Source: Candidatus Eiseniibacteriota bacterium
Lineage (GTDB): Bacteria; Eisenbacteria; RBG-16-71-46
DNA length: 21,054 nucleotides
Direction: 5' to 3'
NCBI GenBank assembly: GCA_031364845.1
Contig: JANLWX010000172.1
Span: 1-21,054, forward strand
Shown here: piece after piece, positions 14,773-21,054 of the stretch
Position numbering within the stretch: the stretch's first letter is position 1
Layout: each line of letters starts with the position of its first letter
Notes under the pieces: model-generated
What the model was told of the DNA's origin: nothing
Seen by the model: the letters and a program-made list of their open reading frames with translations, nothing else
Database searches by the model: none
Program-made: the position numbers and the translations under genes

Positions 14773-17700
14773 TGAGGCTGAGGGCGACCACATGTCTCGC
14801 TGTCGCGTGGCTCGTCTTCACCTGCGGCGCGCGGCCTGCAATCGCGCTCACCACCCAGACGGTGAACGCTACGCTTGTCGTAGCCGGGGCGGATTGGACC
14901 TTGCCCGATGAGGCCCAGGGTGCCCCCGGACCCGACTGCAACAGCAACAACTACGCCGTCAACAATGTTCTCACCAGCACGGGATATCTAGAGGCCCGGA
15001 CGTGGCCGGTGACCATGCCTGCCGGTGAGGAGGTCTATCAGATCTACGTCGACGTCAATGGGCGCTACGACCAGGGAACCAACAACAACCGTTTCTGGAT
15101 GCGCGTTCGCAACACGGTGACCCCCGAGGCGGTCAAGAACAACTTCGCCACTTGGAATCAAACCAACGTCGACTGCGATTGGCGCGCAGGGGGCCCAGGA
15201 GGCGCTGGTTGGAAGGTCGACTCGCTGCGGACCAGTTGGACGTTGAGCGACGTGCAAAACCTATGGGTGGCGGCGCGCCGCATCAACAACGGCGACAACG
15301 TCGGGCTTCCACAAGCACGCATCAACGCCTTCCGCCTCACGCTCGTCACCCGCAAGATCGCTCCGGCCACTCCGATCAATCTCTCGGGAAACCCTACGTC
15401 TTCGTCGATTAGCCTGTCCTGGGCGCCGGGCGGAGGCGGCGGACCGCTTGAGCACTATCGCATCCAACGATGGAGCGGCGGCGTTCTCCAGTTCGAGACC
15501 AACCTGACCTCGACTTCCTACAACGACCCCAGTCTTCCATCCAACACCACGTACGAGTATCGGGTTTACGGGGGCAACTCGGATCGTCTCTCGACGTCTT
15601 ACGTCTCGACCGTGGTGCGAACGCTGAAGGTCGCGCCCGCGACGCCCCAGACGCTGGCCGTCACGAACGTCACGACGAGCACGATCGCTTTGAGCTGGGC
15701 GGCTGGCGGCGGAGGCGGGCCGGTCGAGGATTTTCTGATCGAGCGACAGATCGACGGCGGCGGATTCACAGGTCTCGTCGTCGTCGGTCCGGGAACGTTC
15801 ACTCACACCGACAACGGCTTGGCGAGTGCCTCGCCCATTTCGTACCGTGTCATCGCACGCAACTCCGACCAGTCATCCGGAACTTCGAACCCGGTTTCGG
15901 CCAAGCTCGTCCCCGCGACACCCGTCAATCTGGCGACAGGCGCCATCACCACCAGCAGCATCGCATTGACCTGGGCACCTGGCGCCGGCGGCGGGCCGGT
16001 CGAGAACTACCAACTCGAGCGCCGAATTCCTCCCGCCGCGTTCCAACCGCTCGTCACACTCGGCAGTGCGCCGACGACACACACCGATACGGGACTGAAC
16101 GAGTACGTCCAGTACGAGTACCGGGTGCGTGCCACCAACTCCGAGCGTACCTCCGCCTTCTCATCCCCGGCCTCCGCACGCACGCTCAATACGCCGGCTC
16201 GCCTGGCCATCCCCACGACGATGGTCACGACGATTGCGGGGCAAGTGCTCCAGCCTGCGATCCGCGTGCTGATCCAGGATGCTCAAGGCAATCCTGTGGC
16301 GAACGCTACGAACCTCGTCACTATGGTGATCCTGAGCGGCCCGGGCGGCCCGCCTCTGTCGGGAACGTTCAGCCGCACGGCCTCCGGCGGAGAAGCCATA
16401 TTTAGTGACCTCAGCCTCACCAGGTCGGGGAATTACGTGCTCCAGGCCACGAGTCCCGACCTCGAGGCCGCCCAAACCAACTCCTTCCGCATCGACCCGG
16501 CGGCGGCGGCGAAGCTCGCCTTCACTTTCCAACCCGGCGACGCCGGGGTTTCCGCACCCATCTCGCCGGCCGTCGAGGTCGCGGTTCAAGACGCCTACGA
16601 CAATGTGGCGCCGGCGGCCGAGTTGTCGGAACCGAACATCACGCTCGAGATCCTCAGCAATCCCGCGGGCGCGATCCTCTCCGGCAACTTGTCGCGCCAG
16701 GCGGAACAAGGCCTGGCGAGCTTCGACGACGTCGCGATCGACCGGCTGGTGACGGGCTATCAGCTGAAGGCGCGAAGCAACGGACTCGCCGCGGCGTCGA
16801 GCCTGCCGTTCAACGTGGTTCCTTACGTTACGCGCCACGGCGACCACTTGGTCGCGTTCTACGAATTCGACGACGCGGATTCCATCTGCCAGACGCGCGG
16901 CTGGCAGGGCGCCGATCGGTCCCGCCAAGTTTTCGCCTCCGTCTCGCCGCGCTTCGTCGTCCATGGCGGGCCCATGGAGATGGGCACGCGTGCGCTGTGG
17001 TTCGGCATGGATTCCACGTCTGCAGAGACGCGGAGCTGGGTGAACCAGCCGGGTTACGGCAACCACTGGAGCCAGCGGCTCACCTCCCCAGCGTTCTCGC
17101 TCGCGGGGCGCTCCGATCCCGTCCTCAGGTTCATCGCGACGGTCGACTTCGCGGCCTCGGGATCCTTGATCGGCGCCGCGTCCGGAAACGAGTTCCTGGC
17201 CGTCCAGGGCCTGCGAGCGGATGGGACGTGGGCGTTCCTCGACGCGCGCTACACACCGCTCGCAGGTTCGCCATTCATCGCGCGGCCGATCGCGGGTCGC
17301 GGCGAGATCCAGGCCGAAGTGCACCTGCTCCAGGACGGCAATGAGACGGTGCCGTGGTCGGGCACGCCGCGCGTGCGCATCGTGGTCCAGACCGATTCGT
17401 CCGGGTCCCACGAGGACGGCGGCGTCCCTCCCGGCCGCGGAGCGGCGCAGATCGATCAGCTCCGGATGGACGACGGCGCGACTCCGATGCTCACGCTCGT
17501 CGACTTCGACGGCGGAACCACCGGCGCATGGACGCTTTCGGCTCAGAACGGGCTGACGCGCGGTCCGGGATCCAACGCGAGCTTCACGCGTGACGTTGCC
17601 GCCACCCCCACGCAGGCTCAGCTGAAACGCAGCAGCGTCCTCGATCCATCGATACCGCTCACGTGCTTCTGGACGTTCCTCACCAGCGTCGAGACGTCGG

Positions 17701-20700
17701 CCGACGGCGCCTACGCGCGGCTCACGTCGCCGTGGCTCGCGCTGCCGGCCGGGACGGACTCGCTCGTTCTCGGCCTCTCGGGACGACTGCCGACGGCGGA
17801 GCAACTGCGCGCGGTGAAGGTTCTGGTCCGGGGCAAGCGGGCCGGCGATGCAAGGCCGCGCTTCACGGCGCTCCGTCGCGGCGAGCTGGTGCGGCCGTTC
17901 GGCGGCGACGATCGCCACACCGCGTTCGGGCGCGTGGCCGAGATGTTCTACCCGCAGGACTTTACCGGCACCGCGCCCTGCGACTCGGTGCAGCTCGTGG
18001 TCGAGTTCCACGACCGCGCCGAGGCGGTCCCGGGTGGTTTCGCGACGCGTCCCTCGACCCGGCTGCCGTTCCTGGATCGCATCTACTTGAGCGCGGTCGG
18101 GATGGACGACGACGACGACGGCGTCGCGAATCCCGACGATGCATGTCCCGCGGTCTCGGCGGTCGGCACGGACCTCGACGCGAACGGCTGCCCGTCCGCG
18201 ACCGCGACGTTCAACGCGACCGCGATGTGGATCGATTTGGACCGCCCGATCCACTATGTCCTCGCGGACTCCGACCGGCCGGGCACGTACCACGACAGCC
18301 GGCTCGAGTCGGTGCGGAAGGCCTTCGCGAGTTGGGCCACCGTGCCCGGCACCGGCGTCTCGTTCCAGGACGATGGAGTCGTGAGCACGCGGCGTGCGCG
18401 CTGGAACGATGGCGTCAACCTGGTGACGTTCGAGGATGCGCTGCTCGATTCGACCGGCAGTTCGTTCTGGGACGAGACGATGCTCGGGCTCACGATACGG
18501 ACCGCTTTCGAGCGCCGCTCCTCCTACCGCGATCGAGTGGTGCTTCCCGCCCAGATCGTCGACGCCGACATTCTGTTCAACCCGCAGCTCACGTTCTCGA
18601 CTCCGGCCACGGGGCCGGTGCCGGACGCCGTGGACCTCGAGAGCGTCGCCGCGCACGAGATCGGGCACCTGCTCGGGCTCAAGCACAGCCCGCTCAAGGC
18701 ATCGACGATGTACTTCCAGATCGCCGAGGCCCAGGACGCCGGCGCGACGCTCGAGGAAGAGGATCGCTCGGCACTGTGCGCGCAGCTGCCCGGCGCCGGT
18801 CTTTCGAGCTTCGGCTCCATCCGTGGCACGGTGAAGCTCGGGGCGGATCTCAGTCCGGTCGTGGGCGCCGCGGTGCTCGCGATCCGGATCGACGGCACAC
18901 CGGACACCGTCGCCGTCGATTACACAGCAGCGAACGGGACCTACTCCCTCGTGCGCCTGGCGCCCGGCACCTACAAGGTGCGCGTCGAGCCGTTCTCGGC
19001 GTTCGGCCCCGCCTGCGATCCGGCCCGGATCTCACCCGAGCTCGCCGCAATCTCGGGCGATGACACCTGGGTGCCCGAGTTCTGGACGACGACCGAGAAC
19101 GGAGGCGATCCTCCCGCCGCGTTCGATCCCATCGCGATCACAGCTGGCGAGAACCACCCTGGCGTCGACATGACCACCAACGTCGACGCGACGCCGCCCA
19201 CAGTCGGCTTCATCAGTCCGATGGCGAATCAGCAAGTGCCCACGGACGCGGCGATCGTCATCCAGTTCAGCGAGCCCGTCGACGCCCGCACCATTCCGGC
19301 CGCGCTGCGGGTCCTGACCGACGGCGACACCACGCGCCTCAAGGGCCGGGGCGAGCTGCGCAACGGCGGCACCACGCTGGTGTTCGTGACACGCGACCCC
19401 ATGGCCGCGAATCGGCTCCATCACATCGTGGTGGGCACCGCGCTCGCGGACGCCAACGGCATCCATCTGGGGACGCCGGCGACGATCGACTTCACGACCG
19501 CGCCCCGCGCCACGCCCCTGATCGACGCTGTGATCCCCGTGCGCGCGATGCGCAGCGGAGTCCTGACGCTGCTCGGGAGCGGGATGGATCCGGCGGCGCC
19601 GGCCCAGAACTCCGTGGTGTTCTCGTGTTCGGGGTGTCCTGATCGTATCGTGCAGCCGGACGTGATCGACAGCCGGTGGCTGAACGTCACCGTGCCCGCG
19701 GACGCGGCGACCGGGACCGTGCGCCTGGTCGTCGCGGGGGTGTCTAGCAACTCCGTGCCCGTGACGATCGCGACCGCTGCGCAGATCGCAGGACCGCGGC
19801 TGCAGGGAGCGGCGGTTTCGGTGGACTTCGTACCGAACGACCTCGCGTTCTCGGCGAATCAGCGGCTGCTGTTCGTCGCCGGCTCGACCGGCGTGGTCGC
19901 CATCGATCGGATGTTCGGGAACGCGCTGCGTGGCGCGCACACGAACCTCGGCGTTCTGCGGAACCTCGCGGCCGGACCCGATACGGCCCGGGTGTGGGCG
20001 ACGCAGCCGGACGCCGGCCGTCTGCTCGAGCTCGACGCCACGATGAGCGCCTTGCTCGAAACCGCCACCGCGATCGACGTGGGAGGCCGGCCTGGCGGTC
20101 TGGCGCTCTCCCCGACCGGGCGCCAGGCATTCGTCGTCGACGTCGACGGCAACCGATTGATCGAGGTGGACGTGGATCGGACGCGCGCGAGCCACGGCAG
20201 CGTGCTGCGCACGATCACCTTCCCCGACACCACGCTCGACGGCGGGATCGCCGTCCACCCGCGCGGGCGGTACGTCTTCCTGTCGTCCCCGTCGGTCGGA
20301 GTGTTCGCGGTTGATCTCGACACCGACGACCGCATCGGTTTGTCAGGCGTCGAGCTGTCCCGCGCGCAGCCGCATGCGCTCGCGTGCGGACCCGACGGAA
20401 CCACGCTGCTGGTCGGCGACGGCGGCGGCGTGCACCTGCTGTCCGCATCCGCGCCGACCGGGACTTGGACGGAACGCACGACGGTCTCCAGCACCACGGC
20501 GGGAGTCGCGCTCACGAGCGACGGACTCTCGGCGCTGGCCGCGATGCCGGGCGAGAATCGCCTTCGGTCGTTCGCCATCGCCCAGGGCCAGACGTCCCAG
20601 GTCGGAGCGACGTCAGGCGCCGGACCGGGCGCCCTCGCCGTGGATCGAACCGATGGATTCGCGGCGCTCGCACAGCAAGCCGATCGCACCGTGCAGCTCT

Positions 20701-21054
20701 ACGCGCTGCAGCCGGCGCTCTCGATCACGGGCGTCGTTCCACCCGTGGTGCTTCCGGGCGAGCACGCGACGCTGTTCTCCAGCGCGCTCACCGCGGGAAG
20801 CTCGATCGTGATCGGCAGCCAGTCGATCACGCCGATCGCGACCGCGACCGAGGCGGCGTCGTTTGCGGCGAGCACGGTGTGGGAGGCGGCGCGCACCACG
20901 ATCGGCGTCTCGGCGCCGAACGCCGCGCCGACGCTCTCGCTTCCGCTCGTCATCGTGCCGTCGGTCGAGCCTCAGAACGTCCGGCCCACGGGGCTCGCCC
21001 TGGCCGCCCCGCTCGATACCTGCGCCGGCAACGGCGCGATCGGCGCCGGCGCGC
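14769..21054 (+). CDS. Giant secreted multidomain matrixin (M10-like metzincin) metalloprotease/adhesin, >2095 aa, 3'-truncated by the window edge; not in the supplied ORF track
   Basis: I translated frame +3 from ATG 14769 to the window end without finding a stop. Domains in order: signal peptide MMRLRATTCLAVAWLVFTCGARPAIA; unknown N-domain; 3 FN3 (about 15357-16190); 2 Ig-like repeats (about 16191-16820); PGYGNHWSQRL beta-sandwich region (about 16830-18100); DDDDDGVANPDDACP..DANGCP (18105-18194). These are followed by the metzincin motif HEIGHLLGLKH (18654-18686) with Met-turn STMY (Met 18708-18710); carboxypeptidase-regulatory-like domain; Big_5-like Ig; IPT/TIG; YVTN-like propeller (about 19790-20710); and a second IPT/TIG. 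Confidence 0.92.
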   Translation, partial: MMRLRATTCLAVAWLVFTCGARPAIALTTQTVNATLVVAGADWTLPDEAQGAPGPDCNSNNYAVNNVLTSTGYLEARTWPVTMPAGEEVYQIYVDVNGRYDQGTNNNRFWMRVRNTVTPEAVKNNFATWNQTNVDCDWRAGGPGGAGWKVDSLRTSWTLSDVQNLWVAARRINNGDNVGLPQARINAFRLTLVTRKIAPATPINLSGNPTSSSISLSWAPGGGGGPLEHYRIQRWSGGVLQFETNLTSTSYNDPSLPSNTTYEYRVYGGNSDRLSTSYVSTVVRTLKVAPATPQTLAVTNVTTSTIALSWAAGGGGGPVEDFLIERQIDGGGFTGLVVVGPGTFTHTDNGLASASPISYRVIARNSDQSSGTSNPVSAKLVPATPVNLATGAITTSSIALTWAPGAGGGPVENYQLERRIPPAAFQPLVTLGSAPTTHTDTGLNEYVQYEYRVRATNSERTSAFSSPASARTLNTPARLAIPTTMVTTIAGQVLQPAIRVLIQDAQGNPVANATNLVTMVILSGPGGPPLSGTFSRTASGGEAIFSDLSLTRSGNYVLQATSPDLEAAQTNSFRIDPAAAAKLAFTFQPGDAGVSAPISPAVEVAVQDAYDNVAPAAELSEPNITLEILSNPAGAILSGNLSRQAEQGLASFDDVAIDRLVTGYQLKARSNGLAAASSLPFNVVPYVTRHGDHLVAFYEFDDADSICQTRGWQGADRSRQVFASVSPRFVVHGGPMEMGTRALWFGMDSTSAETRSWVNQPGYGNHWSQRLTSPAFSLAGRSDPVLRFIATVDFAASGSLIGAASGNEFLAVQGLRADGTWAFLDARYTPLAGSPFIARPIAGRGEIQAEVHLLQDGNETVPWSGTPRVRIVVQTDSSGSHEDGGVPPGRGAAQIDQLRMDDGATPMLTLVDFDGGTTGAWTLSAQNGLTRGPGSNASFTRDVAATPTQAQLKRSSVLDPSIPLTCFWTFLTSVETSADGAYARLTSPWLALPAGTDSLVLGLSGRLPTAEQLRAVKVLVRGKRAGDARPRFTALRRGELVRPFGGDDRHTAFGRVAEMFYPQDFTGTAPCDSVQLVVEFHDRAEAVPGGFATRPSTRLPFLDRIYLSAVGMDDDDDGVANPDDACPAVSAVGTDLDANGCPSATATFNATAMWIDLDRPIHYVLADSDRPGTYHDSRLESVRKAFASWATVPGTGVSFQDDGVVSTRRARWNDGVNLVTFEDALLDSTGSSFWDETMLGLTIRTAFERRSSYRDRVVLPAQIVDADILFNPQLTFSTPATGPVPDAVDLESVAAHEIGHLLGLKHSPLKASTMYFQIAEAQDAGATLEEEDRSALCAQLPGAGLSSFGSIRGTVKLGADLSPVVGAAVLAIRIDGTPDTVAVDYTAANGTYSLVRLAPGTYKVRVEPFSAFGPACDPARISPELAAISGDDTWVPEFWTTTENGGDPPAAFDPIAITAGENHPGVDMTTNVDATPPTVGFISPMANQQVPTDAAIVIQFSEPVDARTIPAALRVLTDGDTTRLKGRGELRNGGTTLVFVTRDPMAANRLHHIVVGTALADANGIHLGTPATIDFTTAPRATPLIDAVIPVRAMRSGVLTLLGSGMDPAAPAQNSVVFSCSGCPDRIVQPDVIDSRWLNVTVPADAATGTVRLVVAGVSSNSVPVTIATAAQIAGPRLQGAAVSVDFVPNDLAFSANQRLLFVAGSTGVVAIDRMFGNALRGAHTNLGVLRNLAAGPDTARVWATQPDAGRLLELDATMSALLETATAIDVGGRPGGLALSPTGRQAFVVDVDGNRLIEVDVDRTRASHGSVLRTITFPDTTLDGGIAVHPRGRYVFLSSPSVGVFAVDLDTDDRIGLSGVELSRAQPHALACGPDGTTLLVGDGGGVHLLSASAPTGTWTERTTVSSTTAGVALTSDGLSALAAMPGENRLRSFAIAQGQTSQVGATSGAGPGALAVDRTDGFAALAQQADRTVQLYALQPALSITGVVPPVVLPGEHATLFSSALTAGSSIVIGSQSITPIATATEAASFAASTVWEAARTTIGVSAPNAAPTLSLPLVIVPSVEPQNVRPTGLALAAPLDTCAGNGAIGAGA
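15357..16190 (+). repeat. Three tandem fibronectin type III domains within the giant ORF
   Basis: Repeats start IAPATPINL (15357), VAPATPQTL (15630) and LVPATPVNL (15906). Each has SI.L(S/T)WA.G.GGGP.E and ends Y.YRV...NS(D/E), or a close variant. Confidence 0.85.

Noticed and set aside
16161..18686. 841-aa minus-strand ORF, plus 19032-20258 (-) and 17663-19063 (+)
   Set aside because: Shadow or alternate-frame ORFs of the giant frame +3 gene. They are Arg/Gly-rich with no motifs, as expected in high-GC DNA.
19626..19637. CSGC (CxxC) in the giant ORF as a possible heme or metal site
   Set aside because: No following His and it sits in an IPT-domain loop, so a local disulfide is more likely.
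1..21054. tRNA/rRNA genes, IS elements, integrase, CRISPR arrays
   Set aside because: None recognised. The intergenic gaps are short and the repeats present are protein-domain repeats.

Overview
High-GC bacterial window with no rRNA, tRNA, CRISPR array, transposase or integrase that I can see. It encodes almost only exported proteins. A PorV-like barrel and FlgD-Ig/T9SS-type C-terminal domains suggest an FCB-group organism, possibly Ca. Eisenbacteria-like; this is inference only. The left part (1-7294) has strongly G/C-ending codons and holds an OM beta-barrel (5'-truncated), a convergent PorV/FadL-like barrel and a lipoprotein. It then has a co-oriented run of a Tat-signal Acg-type nitroreductase (apparently CTG-initiated), an HMA (GMTCxxC) protein and a YVTN-propeller/di-heme cytochrome c protein whose sorting domain is cut by an in-frame TAA. 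The right part (7346-end) has visibly relaxed codon usage over most of its length and is a divergent cassette of exported proteins. Leftward are a signal-peptide TPR-CHAT (caspase-like) protease and a 12-blade Kelch protein with a 7-repeat FG-GAP propeller inserted inside one blade. Rightward are a small secreted protein translationally coupled to a giant (>2095 aa) matrixin-type zinc metalloprotease. The giant ORF is absent from the ORF track because it runs off the window end. This two-protease divergent cassette is the best candidate for an undescribed system. All family assignments come from motif recognition by eye, not database searches.
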